From Chrysomallon squamiferum (lineage: Eukaryota; Animalia; Mollusca): a DNA stretch of 64,000 bases. The notes below the pieces were generated by a model. That model saw nothing but the letters and a program-made list of their open reading frames with translations, was not told where the DNA came from and searched no databases. The translations under genes were made by a program, and so were the position numbers. The DNA lies in assembly GCA_012295275.1 (NCBI GenBank), contig CM022667.1, positions 17,298,001-17,362,000 on the forward strand, given 5' to 3'. Positions 30,573 through 45,134 of the stretch are shown one piece after another; positions within the stretch are counted from its first letter, which is position 1; each line of letters begins with the position of its first letter.

Positions 30573-30677
<105 letters not shown>

Positions 30678-33600
30678 CTAATTACAAAATAATTCCAGTG
30701 AAATATCGTGTAACTCATTTAAGTTACCTAGACTTTTTTTCTGTAGATATCGTTTCAGTAATGGAGTCTTGTTAATTATCTCTTTGCTTTTCTGTTAATT
30801 CCGTCCCGTCTCTGGACAATGAGATGTTGTTTGTGCTCAGCGGTAAGCAAATTACTCCGGCGTCCTTGTCTAACAGGATAAACAGCTGATTGCTAATCTT
30901 ACCTCCATTATAATTGGCAGTCAGTTATGTATACACAACAAGCGTGCTTGTACAGTTGTCTGATAATACGATTATACCATATGTGCGTGTGTGTGCATAG
31001 ATAGATAGATAGAGAGATAGATAGATAGAGAGAGAGAGATAGATAAATAGATTTCAGGACAAACACACATACACATACATACATATAGACATACATACAT
31101 ACAAATAAATGAGCTGCTGAATGAATGAATGAATAAATGAATAATATATGGAAAATGAATGAATTAATGAATTAATCTTTTCCCAAATATTTAATAAATA
31201 TCATTCAGGAATTATACTAATGTTATTGGGAAATATATATTATAAAATGACAGTTTTCTTTTACTTAAAATTAATATATTTATTAAAATTAAAAATTTAA
31301 TAATTAGTAATTAATAATTAATATTTATTTATTTAAAGTTATTGCTGGTCTGAAAACTGCGCCAATCCCTGTAATTATATTAACAGATTAAATTCGAGGA
31401 CAAAGAGACAAATACTAGAATATAAAAGTAAAATGTGATGAGTTCTGATTGAGTGACAACTGACTGACAGATAGATTGTCTGATTAACTGACTGATTGTG
31501 TCAGTTCAAAACTAGACGCCATCATACATGTTGTTTAACGTTTGCTGACAATAACGTTAACCTTTCAAGAATAAAGAAGCGATAAATTCATTAATTTGTA
31601 TCCCTGACATTTAAGCAAATCAATAGATCAATAATTCTTTCTTTAATTAAATCATATGATAGCTCCTTTATAAAATTAAGTCCACATTTTAGAATTCTAG
31701 AATCAAAACCACAATAATCTCTTCAAATAGCACACAACAAAGTAAATACAAATCAAATATTAATTATTTACGTTACATACAAATTAGGATATAAATACTG
31801 ATATAAAATCAGCACAGATTTGAATAAGTTGATATTATTAATTTCGATATACTTTTTCAGTCGTTAATTTCGTTTAAGGTTGATGGTAATTATATAAATA
31901 ATATATGTATCTCTGCCATCTTTCGTCTCATCACAGTTTAATGTCAGCCATTACTAAATATAAGATTTGTCGAAAATTAAAAAATATATATATCTGCACA
32001 ATGCCTCGTTCACTTAACCACACCTGCTATTCACACCGGGCCGTCTCATACCATTAGTATCTTATGACGTCAGTTAAATACACGCTATTACGTAAGCCGG
32101 TTATCCCAGCGCTAACTTCGCTCCTTTTAATTGTCGCAGCAAATGGAAAACATCTTGATAACAGTGATAGACTGTGAGCGGTGATGAGAGGGGTTAGATA
32201 AGAGTTAGGAGAGAAACCCCACAAAACTCACAGGTTAAACACATGAATGACATTTTGCAAATGTCTTTCTTGTTACTCTGTGAAATTTATTGTAATATAA
32301 AAAATAATTGGTCCTAATATTGTTTTATCCTGGATGTAGTAAATGATTAAAATTAATGGGCTAATTAACTATGTACATGATATTTTATTTTATTATTTTA
32401 TTTCAACTCATTTATAAATGTATGTATACATACGTACATTTTATATCATATGCATTCACACATATAATCCTGTTATTATTATTATCATTATTATTATTTA
32501 TTATGATTGTTACTTTTGTTGTTGTTATTGTTATTATTATTACTATTATTTTAATTCATTTTATTATTATGGTGGTGTTATCATCATAATTATTATCATT
32601 TAGATAGCGTCGTTGTTTATATATAAAAATGGATGTAATTATTATACACATACAAACAAATAAACAAACATTCAGTTTTAATCTGCACCTACTGAAATTT
32701 TATCTTTCTCTTTTTATCTTTCTCTTTTTATTTCATCTTAACATTACAAACTACTGGATTAGACCAGAGACTTTACAAATAATGAAATCATGTATGTGTA
32801 TGTTACATGTGTTGTTACAGGGAGTTTCTACTCGGTACTAACTGTTGTATGCAAAATCATTATTGTTTGCATTCTTCTGTTTCTGTAAGAAATCCTCTAA
32901 CTCACAAATGCTAACACTAGGTACAGCAGACCACGCAGATAGCTGGACTGAAAGCCAAACATAAAAGTGTTTAAGTGTTTTGTGAATGTAAGCATATTTC
33001 AGATTAATGATCCATTTATTTGTCTGTCCATATCTAATAAAAAGTATTAATATAAAAAGTTCTAAAATTTCATAATGTACAGACTATGATAATGAATTCA
33101 TGACAATGTCAAAAATGCGGATTTATATATATATGTGCTTATGTATGTGTGTGCGTGTTATATATATATATATATACATCAATTTCTCTTTTCTTACAGT
33201 ATTTTGTCTACCCATGTTTAAACTACAGGTTGGTGTAAATTCCCGTCAGTCTGTAATTTCCCATACTAACTGGTTTAGCCACACTGGTTTGTGAAAACGC
33301 CCATCAATCTGTACAAGTTCAGATATTACTTTCCATACCTGATTCATCATCAGTGTCTACCGCCTCGCAGTAAATGACTCGGCTAATGACCCTGCCGTAA
33401 ATCAAGTAATGAGCCCGCCGAGGTGGTACTTTTCAGCGCGGATGTTTCTCATTCGCCGTTGTTCACGGGCAGAATTAATGGCCGTGCCTGGACGCGAGTA
33501 GCATTTGACGCCGCTGACGTTCGCGGAAAACGTGTCTTCGGTCATGGGCACCATTAGTAGGCCTTTGTTTATTTGTCCAATAAACTGGAAGGAGACTTAA

Positions 33601-34157
33601 GTAAACAGTTTTACGGTTTTCCCATCTCCAGATTAATGTATCCGTGATTGAGTTGGGAAAATCAGTCAACACTGAAATCTTTATCTTCCGAATCAGTTTA
33701 ACCCTTTAAGGTCTATTCTCTTTGACGTACGTGCAAGGGATTTGCTGTTGATCTTTCGACTATTTCACATTGTGGGAACGGCTTAGATGAAATGCTGTTC
33801 TTTTCAAAAGTTTATGTTAATACGCGTTATGTTTTAATTTACCGGAATGGAAGTGAGAGGCATGTAACGTGTAGATGCAACATATTTATAAATAAATAAA
33901 TTTATACGTGCATTTCAGCATGTATATTCTTCAACATACGTAAATATATACAGGATAATGTTTACATCATCATGATTATCACTTGTTTACTTACGTCATT
34001 CGAAAGTGTTGGTGGTGTTTTTCGTCTTTTGGGGTTGTTTTTTTGTGTGTGTGTATATTTTTTTATTATTATTATTATTATTATTTCCTTCTACTTAATT
34101 TACTATGTTATTCTTCTTCAGTTATTGGTGTTTTGATTGTTGTTGTTATCATCATTA

Positions 34158-34219
<62 letters not shown>

Positions 34220-34425
34220 TAAATTTATACAGTTTCTTATTCCTGTAAGGCCATCTTACTTACTTTTAAATGAAACAACTGAAATATTTGTTTTTATGTC
34301 TATACACCTTTCTGACATCATTAATGAAAAACATGAATAACAATAGAAATCTTGTCTTAATAAAAACAAGTATGGGAAAAAAAGTTACTCTTAAAAATTA
34401 AATAATAATAATAATAAAAATTAGA

Positions 34426-34476
<51 letters not shown>

Positions 34477-34871
34477 CAGCAGTAGTAGTAGTAGCAAAGA
34501 CTGCATTAAAATTAGCGAAAATCAAATTAAAACAATAAATGAGAAAAAAAAATAATAATCCATTTAGTTATAAAATATAACTAAAATAAATCAAAATATT
34601 AAAATAAAGAAAATAATTGATTTTAATTAATAAATTACAATAATAAATAAATAAATAAATAAATACTATAAACAAAGAAATAAATAAATACTATAAACAA
34701 ATTTTAAAACGTATAAAACTTGATCACATTACAAAATATCTCATTACAGAAACTGTAAATAGCACACATACTTGCATTATCCAGTGAATATAATATTGCA
34801 AATATTTTTAAAAACAAAACAAAACAAAATTTACAACACTTTTCCACAAAGAAAGGATTAAAATCTGTTAG

Positions 34872-34909
<38 letters not shown>

Positions 34910-35597
34910 AAATAAATAAATCCTGAGGAAAATTAAAAAAAAAAATCTTTTAAAAATGAAAGTAAAGGGAAAAAAATATTTAAATATAAAAGCAGATGCA
35001 TAAAAAATAATAATAATAATGTAGTAAGCGCAAAAACAAAATAATATGATTAAAAACAACAAAATAAAAACAAAGAAAAGAAAGAAATATAAAATAAAAT
35101 AGCAAAAACAACAAGAAAATTCAAAAAAAAAAAAAAAAAAAAAAAAATTAAAAAAATGAAGAAATAAACAAGACAAGAAAAGAGAAAAAATATACAAGCT
35201 GTAAAAATCGTTCAAATTTCTTTAAATTAAGCAAACTGAGACACGTAATAAAAGTTCAGGGCAAGAGAATTTGACTTCGGCGTATCAGCAACACGGCTAA
35301 TTCCGTGTCGGGATGGGAGGCTAATTTCAGCTGACTTAGTGTCAGGTTTTACAACGCTGAGGCGTGAAGTCGCTGACACTTCGTGGAGTATTTCAATTTA
35401 TCCCGTTCTCCGTTCCACGTCTTCTCAGACCAGCTCGTGCAAAGCGTGCGAAGCGTGGAGTGGGGGTCCTTTTAGAAAAATAACTTTTATATATATATTT
35501 TAACTCTTCATTTATAAAATTATTATTATTATTATTTTAATTATTTTAATTATTTTATTATTACTATTACTATTATTATTATTATTATTATTATTAC

Positions 35598-35637
<40 letters not shown>

Positions 35638-36941
35638 GCTTTATTATAATTTAAGTCTTATAGCTTTTATTTTATTTTATTTTATTTTTTCTTAATTTAT
35701 AAAATTATTATTATTATTTTACGTTCATTTGTTTTTATCTTTCTTTACTTTTTAAAAATTTTATACAAAGATAAATATTTCATTTCATAAAACATACATC
35801 ATGTTTTTGTTTAGGGAAGTAAGCAATACGTTCTTACTTATGAAAATGGATGAATATTTTATATTAAGATTGCTATATAGTAATGTATTACTCATTTTAA
35901 GGTAAATATTTTATGTTGAAAATATATAAAAATATTTAATAATAAAAAGTCAGAAAATAAACTTTAGTTTAAAGGGAAACTGTTTTATATTCTGAGGGTG
36001 TTTTGAAATATATACTTTAGTTAAAAGTGTAAATATATTGCGTTTTTAGAGTCTTTTGTAATTTTTTGTTTACAAGAGTAAAACTTTATTTACCAGCATG
36101 AGAAATAACATTTTAATTTAAAAGTTAATATTTTAGAATGAAAACAGAAATTGTTTTCATTTTCATTTTATTACATTACATTACATTGCATTATATTATA
36201 TTGCATTACAATTTATTATATTGTCTTATTCGTTAAACTATCTCACATTATAATATATTATATTTATTATAACTGCATTATATTATGTTGTATATTACAT
36301 TACATTACATACATTACTTTATAGAACATTTATTTTATGAGTAACAAATATATATATTTTACGCTCGTGAAGAAAACATTTTGCTTTTTGAAGAATGTAT
36401 AAAACTGTATTTCATAAAGCTATCTCTTGAACCGTGAAGTATTTATACATACTAACAGTCCGCGGTGGCAGTGACAGTATAAAATAATAAGAAAATATTC
36501 ATATATAGACAGATTGTTAAAAAATAATAATAATAATAAAATCAAAATAAAAAGATTAAATAACCATATAAACAGTTTTTTCTAATCTGGCATCAACATA
36601 ATAAAACATTCGTTTTGTGGTTACATTACAGAAATGATTTCGTTAAAGACAAATTTTCGAAACAGTGAATGTTCCACCAAAAACAGTAAACAAATAAAAA
36701 TGTCAAGATCTCTACACAATCTATACAAAACGAAGAGAACTATTGCTGTTATTATTATTATTATTATTATTTATTATTTATTTGTTTATTTATTTATTTA
36801 TAAACTTTTCCCAGTTAAATATAAAATTAATACTTTATTTTATTAAGTGAAAATATTTTATTTTGTTCAGAGTTATTATTTCAATTCACAGAGCATTTTG
36901 GTCTACAGAAAATATAAGTTTATAAAGAAACACTACAAATT

Positions 36942-36988
<47 letters not shown>

Positions 36989-37664
36989 CAAGCATGTTTG
37001 AATATCATTTCTACTGTCAGTCAATTTCAGACAAGGGAAATATGAAGAAATAACTCGTATAAAACAGTTATTGGCTACGTGAACTATAAAAGATATGAAA
37101 TATTGTAAACCATTCGATAAATTTTGTCAGTAACAGAATTCATGTTTTGTAGTAATTGAACATTGTCTTTTTGAGAAAGTGAAATTTTTTTTTATACTAA
37201 TAAGTGTGTGTGTGTGTGTGTTTTATTATATTTAATTTCAGTGATAATAAATTATATTAATACTGTTTCTAAATCAACATTACTTATATATTAAAAATTA
37301 TAAACAACTGTATTTATTTAATCCTTTATTTTGATAATGCTGTATTAAGAGAACATTCGAAACTGTTCAGTTTTACAATGTTTTTCATGTAATGTTTTAT
37401 TTCAGAATATAAATTTTTTTATATACTGCACATTTTGGCTTAATTAATTTGAAAGAGAATAAAAGTATTAACAATATCAAAAAATTCATTTTATAATTCA
37501 GATGGATAGACTGAGCTATGTGAATGTTAATTTTGTACATGAAGGAAATAACGTGTTCAGTTTGATGATGAAACAGTTTTAAACTTGGACTCTTACAGCG
37601 TTTTACTTAAACCAATGTACACTGAATATTCAAAAGCGTTTTTCACGTCTTTGAACATTATCAA

Positions 37665-37731
<67 letters not shown>

Positions 37732-38842
37732 GTGTAATCAAAATAGGCTAAGTAATGCTGTTAATATTTAATTTCACAAACGATAAAATATTTAATATTT
37801 ATACCGGCTTTTCAAACTTGTAATTTCGCAAACGTCATAAAATGAAATAAATTATTTTCACATATTTAACAAACATCTTAATTAAAGACTTTTACAATAT
37901 TTTAAAATAATGTACGTTAAAATGCTCGTAAATCCCGAACTGCGAGGAAAAAAAAACTGAACGAGGGATAAAGTTTCCAGCCCGTAAATGTATTCTTTTA
38001 AAATGTTCTGTCCAGTGTAACATTTTAACCTTTAATAATAATTATAATTTCAGAATGCGTCTTATTTTATTGCTTAACGAACGATACGCTCAAATTATTA
38101 AAGGACATTGTTTTTTTTAAAAAATAATTACATATGTATTTTTATTTGTAAAATACTGAATTTCACAGCATCACAGCTTATTATGAACTTACACACATAC
38201 TCGCAAACAAAAACAAATAACTAATAACCTAATTTATCTCATCTAACATTGTTAATTCGTGATTTCCTTCAGCAAACCACTACTACAGCGAAACTTAAAC
38301 GACGGCGCTGATTGCATACGACACGCGAATATGTGAAAGTGCCGCAAAGAACCCAGCACGGATATGATCGGTTTATAACACAACTGTTGATATTGGTTTC
38401 AAACGAACACTGCCTTGTTTATTTCTTTTTCCGATACTTATAATAAATGTACCCGACCCTGCAGTGGTAACATCTAAACAGAACATCACTACGTTGTTGC
38501 AGTGCTGCCGTCGTAGAAAAATAAACTCAAAGCTCTGAGGCTGGTTCACTTTGCTTCATTCAGAGTTTTACAAAAACGTCAAGGTTCTCAGTGGTAGACT
38601 GACGTTGTTTTGTTTTTCAGTTCTTCTCGGAAACTGTTTCGTGTCGAAAACTCTGTTTTTAAAATACTCAAAGTCTTTAAAATATTTAGTGTGTTTTTAT
38701 TATGTAGATTTATGTACATGATAATATAATTATTATGTTATTTCAAAAAAATTAAAAATCTGATTTTTATTTATTGATTTATGTTATGTTTTTATTTTTG
38801 TTTTTATTTTAATTTTAATTTTTTATTATTATTATTATTATT

Positions 38843-38881
<39 letters not shown>

Positions 38882-39370
38882 ATTATTATTATTAATCTAT
38901 TTTTATTTACTCTTTTAACGGTTCTAAGTCAAAATGAACTAGAAACAATGTTTATGTCAGATATTTAAATAACAGCATATAAAGTCAAAATGGGTTATTA
39001 TTCGAAATGCTAATTTATGTCACATGTTAAAAGCTATCTATGTTAATATATTAAAATGTTTAATTTGTGTATAATATTATTTGTCTTAAAAACAAATAGA
39101 AAAGTATATTTGTAAATGTTTTTCCATAACTGTTCGCTCTTGGTGTTAATTCCAAGTTATAAAGTCAACATTTTCCTAAGAATTATCTGAGAATAATAAT
39201 ATTGAAAAAATACATGAGTCAATAATAATAATAATAATAACAATAATAAGTAGTAGTAGATGTTCTTGTCATTATCATCATCATCATCATAACTGTAGCA
39301 ATATGACTAGTAGTAGTTATGTTAATAATAGTAGAATAGTAATAGCAGTAGTAGTAGTAGTAGTAGTAGC

Positions 39371-39408
<38 letters not shown>

Positions 39409-39781
39409 CAGTAGTAATAGTAGTAGTAGTACAAGCAACAGAAACAAAAGCATTGTACTTGAGAAAGTTAAAACAAAAGTAATAAATTAATAATAATAAT
39501 ATCAATATTTCTTTCGTCACATTTCCAAAATACTCATTTGTTTTATTTAACGATAAAATAAACTTTTCTTTCTGTTTCTTTAAAGAAAGTTTATTGCGAG
39601 CGATCTTTTACATTTCTTATATAAATATTTGTACTCGCTGGAAATTCAAGATGGCGAAAAATCTCGCCGATTCTATCTCAGAATTCTCCCTCTACAAATT
39701 CTCACGCAATGAACTGCAATAAATTTGAGAAAATATTTTCAGCGATAACAGAAAGCATTGAAAAAACCGTATCGTTGAGGT

Positions 39782-39838
39782 GGGTGTGGCCGCTTTCCCA
39801 CCCTAAATCGTTCCTTTGATTAACTGAACCATCGAGGG

Positions 39839-39869
<31 letters not shown>

Positions 39870-40008
39870 GAGAGGGAGAGAGGGAGAGAGTTTCTAGACA
39901 CAGATATTAAAAGCAAATATTCTTTAATGTTTATAATTCTAAAAGTTTTGGTTTCTTATTTATTTATTTATTTATTGTTGTTGTTGTTATTGTATTATTA
40001 TTATCATA

Positions 40009-40068
<60 letters not shown>

Positions 40069-40298
40069 TAAATTTATATTGCTTCTCTGTTTAACTAAAC
40101 AGCATGTTTATATTGGTTTCCATGTGCATTTGTTGTGTGTGAAACAGAAAGAGAGAAGGTGTAAATGATCTTTTTTCTTCTTGCTATGAACACTTTAAAA
40201 TGTTGAGAACCAATAAAATATCCTCTGTCTAGGGTGCGGCAGTTTTCCCACCCTAAATCGCTGCTTTGATTAATTGAAACGTTACAGGAGAGGGAGAG
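39782..40298. repeat. Dispersed ~60-bp direct duplication (39782-39845 and 40232-40298) in the FoxF intron
   Basis: GGGTG(T/C)GGC..(C/T)TTTCCCACCCTAAATCG.T.CTTTGATTAA(C/T)TGAA occurs twice, offset by 450 bp. Confidence 0.85.
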
Positions 40299-40640
40299 AA
40301 CGAGTGTGGTAGCGGTCCTGTGTGAATATTTTAAGACGTTGCTGGCGAATAAAACATCGTCTGTGTTCTGCACGGAGCGTCGCTGATAAGCGACACAGTT
40401 TTATCATTTCAACCGGGATTTAATGCCAGGGTCATGTTACGACTGTCAGAGAGAATTCGCTAAGTCTTGTTTTTAGTACAATCACGTTAACGGAGATCTA
40501 GAAGGGTAAAGAAAAAAATGGAGAATTTTTTTTTCCTTGCAGTCTCCATTTTTGAATACGTTTTCAACACATTCTTAAAGCGAGGAAATAAAACCTCGAC
40601 CACTTGAAGGTGCTTTAACGTCTTTTTCTTTCTTTCTTTT

Positions 40641-40681
<41 letters not shown>

Positions 40682-42771
40682 GAAAAGGAGAAACAAGAGC
40701 TTTGACAAGTCTCCGATCTGCACACGTCTTGTTTTCACAACGGCTGGCATTGTTGCAATTCGAGGCACGCACCGCCCCTGGAATTGTTATGCGAGTGCTA
40801 TTATTTCAGTTGCCTCTACAGCACGTGCTAATAAGTGATCTCCTCCCCCCATCGCGCTTCCCACTAGGGGGCTCTTATCACACGAAGCTGACAGTTTTAA
40901 TGAAGCTAAATTTTGCGAATTTCTTCATTAGAACAATATGTACTCAATGGCTTCTTGTCAGATAAGTTAAGTAGCTATTAGCAAAGCTGAGGCGAAAATG
41001 AGAAAGCAACAGAAAAAAACATGGACGCGGTTAAAGTAGACAGAATGTTTTTTTTTTTTTATAGCAACATAACGCCAGAAAAAAGTGTGATTTTCCAACA
41101 ACCTGATGGAGTCTCAATACATACAGTGTTTGCGTGTGCGTGCGTGGTATGTGTGATTTTCACGTATTAACGCTGATACAGTAGTATAATTTATCAATAA
41201 CAATTTGTTATGATTATTATACGACATTATGATTGTAATCTGTTATTACAATATATATTCAGTTTTATATTAGATATTTATTATGTTGATGAGTTTCACT
41301 TTTGCGTGTCCATGAGTGTAAGTTCTAATCATTTTCTATTGCTCATCCTTATTTAATTGTAGATTGTATGCCTGTGAGAATTATTATTAATAATATTATT
41401 GTCATTGTTGTAGTTTTTGTTATGTTGTCGTTATTATTATTGTTGTTGTTAATGTTGTTTTCGTTGTGTTGTCATTGTTATTATTGTTGGTGTTGTTTAT
41501 GGTGATAATGTTCATTGTTAACATAATTATTGGAACAGTTGTTTGTATAACGATTTGGTCTGCATATTTCGTTGTGTTTGTGTGTCTTTGTGTCCGTCCG
41601 TCTCCTTGCTTTAATCATAAACAAGACTGGTCTTGCACAATTTCACTTTCATAAACTAAACAATTTGTTTTACTTTATAATAACAATAATAATAAGGTAC
41701 AATATTCAGGAACACTAAAGAAAAACAAACAAAAAGCATAAAAGAAAAACACGAATACCAAAAACCAAAAACAATAACAATAACAACAAACTAAACCAAA
41801 ACAAAAAAAAAATACAATTTAAAGTGAGAAGAAACAACATTCAACTGGTTATTAAAAGAAAAAGTTTCAGATATCAGTTATTTCGCCACGTGACCACACA
41901 CTTGTGTCTGTCTACATAATGATGAACTTTCTTATGCTAAAGAAAAATAATTGTAATTATTACTAAATAACTGATAAAAACGTTTTACAAACTTCGGTAA
42001 ACACTTTTACTTCCGTTTCACATTCAAATTTTAATCACGGCTAAATTTCTGTAAAACAGTGTTTTGTACTGCTTATAATTATTAACTTTCATATCATTAA
42101 AATATAGTTTGCCTTTGTTTTATTGCAAATTATTAATTTTATCGTCATGGTTACATAACAGTATTTAATATTACTGAAGAAGCAGAATATACTCAAGGAT
42201 GTTTCAGCTTAACAAGATCATATGTTTGAATTAATACTATCCCTGATTTATTTATCTTGTATAAAATTAAACCCAAGTTATTTAGTTTCTTATATAAATA
42301 AAACTTTTTAAAAATTCAATAAATTTTCAATGTTTAATTTCTATTTATGTATTTGCTTGTTTGTTTGTTTGTGATTTGTTTATTTGTTTGCTTGTTTGTA
42401 GTAGTATATATATTTTTAAAAGCCGCAAATTTAATTATGATGATGATGATAATATTTAATGAAAAAAAATGAAGATAATGACTGTTATGATGATAATGTT
42501 GACGAGGATACTAATGAAGATTACGAGCAATATTGCGAAGATTATAAAACAAATATACATCAAAATTAATCCAGTATAGTTAAATTCAATTAAACTATAT
42601 TTTTAATAGATCTAACTCAGTCTTCATAGTATGGTTTAGAACAAAGATAACTTTAATTAGGAAAACATTTTTACAAAATTCAACCCTACTTTCACATAGT
42701 TCATTTCATTTCATTCTGTTTATTCAAAATGACGTAATTAAATTACCATTTGATTTTTCTTTCTCTCTCTC

Positions 42772-42819
<48 letters not shown>

Positions 42820-43450
42820 TGAAAAGTGAATGTTCTAAATCATTAAATTAAAAGTAATTATTAACTATGTCTATTCGATGTAAGCATAGCATAAAATATA
42901 CTTATTGTTTTCTTATTCATAATTTTTATATTCCGTTAGAGAATATCTTATATACATGTATTACCACAATATTGTAGTTTAAAATTTTGTATATATTCCT
43001 TATTCATAATTTACATATTGCCGTGATTACAGTGTATATTACCAATTTATTCTGCATAATTAATGTGTATGTTTTTTGCATGGCTTATAATTCATATGAA
43101 TGTATTTCTTTAGCATTATTACTTTATTTAGACAATTTACGATTTCTCGATTTCCATAGCATACAAAGCCTATATTACTAAGACTTATAATTTTTATAAT
43201 AACTTATATGTAAATTTCCATATGTCCCAGTTCATATAATTACCAGGACGAGAATAGTTATTTTATATTCAGAAATGAACCGACACAATATATATATTTT
43301 ATAGTAATTTTTTATTTATTGTTTTCTAATATTTATGGTTTAAGAACAAAAGAAAACATAACAGATGTTTTGATGCAATGAAAACCGTAATATCAATTTG
43401 TTAGAGTCACTGCTAACTATAACATTCTGTATATGAAGTGGTACACGGCA

Positions 43451-43607
43451 TATTATTAGTATTATTATTATTATCATCATTATCATTATTATTATTATTA
43501 TCATTATCATTATTAGTATTGTTATTATTATTATTATCATCATTATCATTATTATTATTATTATCATCATTATCATTATTATTATTATCATCATTATCAT
43601 CATCATT

Positions 43608-43684
<77 letters not shown>

Positions 43685-44012
43685 TGTTGCTGCGTCTGAT
43701 GTTTTTGCATTTCGTTTGTTATTATTATGTTGTTGCTGTCTTCATCGTTTGATTATTGATGATGATATTTAATATCTGATTTATTTTTCTGCAATACAAT
43801 TGCTAATACTGTTACTGCTACTACTACTATTACTATTACCTACTATTTTTAAAAATAAAGTTGGGTTAAAATTCGGTTTCGGTTTTTTGTTGTTGTTGTT
43901 TGTTGTTGTTTTTTTTGTTTTTTTTATTATGTCTTTAATAGTGGTTGTGGTGCTTTTGGTAGTAGTAGTAGTAATTGTTGCTGTTGTAGTAATAGTAATA
44001 GCAATAATAATG

Positions 44013-44063
<51 letters not shown>
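43451..44063. repeat. (ATT)/(ATC)/(TAA) microsatellite blocks at the 5' end of the FoxF intron
   Basis: Direct reading; this explains the spurious poly-Leu tail of ORF 43927..44937. Confidence 0.93.
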
Positions 44064-44066
<3 letters not shown>

Positions 44067-44075
44067 GTTTCTTAC

Positions 44076-45134
44076 CTGCTAAAGCCAAATCAACAGGTTC
44101 TGAGCAGCCGGTGGTGTTGATGTTGCCGTAGGGGCTGGGGTCGTTACTGGACGGAGGTGACATGCTCTGCATTGATCCCGTGCTGCCAGTTGGACTGAGT
44201 GGTTGCTGTTTGATGTAGCGCTGCGTGGGCCACTGTGTCGCCTGCATGTTGTGATCCCGTTCGTACATATTTCCTGGCAAAGACGTAGTTGCTGATGTTG
44301 GTAAATTTGTTAGGTGCGAGTAGTCAGTGTTGACGCCGGTGACGCTAGCCATAGCGCAGCTCTGAGCATATCTGTTGTTGTAGGTGCAGCTGTTGGCAAT
44401 CTGCTGCTGCATGTTGTTGACGGGCATCATCATGTTGGTGTTGTCGTAGCCCTGACCGGCGTTGACGGCACACGACATGTTCATCGGCGGCATCACTGAA
44501 TTCTGCGAATGCAGAAAGTCGTAGTGGGTGGGTATCATCGACGGCGACCCCGTCATTCCATTGAGCATTCCGAACGGTTTCAGTGCCTGACACTTTCTCC
44601 TGAAACCACGTGGGCGTCGTCGGAAAGAGCCCTCCTCGAACATGAACTCGGCAGCAGGGTCGATCGTCCAGTAGTGACCTTTGCCAGGACGTCCGATTCC
44701 TTTCGGGAGTTTGATGAAACATTCGTTGAGGGACAGATTGTGACGTACCGAGTTCTTCCAACCCTGGTAGGTGCCTCTGAAAAATGGGAATCTTTGCTGT
44801 AGAAACTGATAAATTTCACTCAGTGTGCATCTTTTAGTCGGTGCGGCCTGTATTGCCATAACTATCAGCGCGATGTAGGAGTAGGGGGCTTTTCCGACCT
44901 CCTCACACCCACACCCGGTTTCTTCGTCTTCTGACACGACGGCGATTCTGGTGTCGTCGTAGTCGTAGAAGGACTTTCTTCGCCGCTTTCGGTGCCGTTG
45001 GAGTCTGGCTTGATGTCAACCTTGTCGCTGAAGTTTTGCATGGCTTCCAGTTCTGTGACTGAACGAAGGACGCTGCTGTAGCTGTCGGTCATAGATTTTC
45101 TGTCCAGGTCGCAGTCCTGAGTTGTGTGAAGCAT
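44076..45134 (-). CDS. FoxF: FoxF forkhead box transcription factor, coding exon 1 (N-terminus, forkhead domain, Met/Asn/Ser-rich region); apparent 1-bp frameshift at 44884-44888
   Basis: ATG at 45134 opens MLHTTQD...GVRRSEKPP. After a frame change the sequence continues [103 protein letters not shown], a FoxF-class forkhead domain, and includes the FoxF motif YIKQQPLSP. The exon ends at a strong donor GCAG|GTAAG (intron starts at 44075, phase 1). An alternative ATG lies at 45092. Confidence 0.95.

Noticed and set aside
43781-43790. Nearby acceptor-like TTGCAG that would end FoxF as ...LAEK*
   Set aside because: Weak pyrimidine tract, and it loses the conserved CDRK/C-x-M tail found in exon 2; at most a minor cryptic site.
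43927-44075. Poly-Leu C-terminal tail of the 336-aa ORF (looks like a transmembrane segment)
   Set aside because: It is read-through past a strong GTAAG donor into an intronic (TTA)n repeat; the real C-terminus is exon 2.
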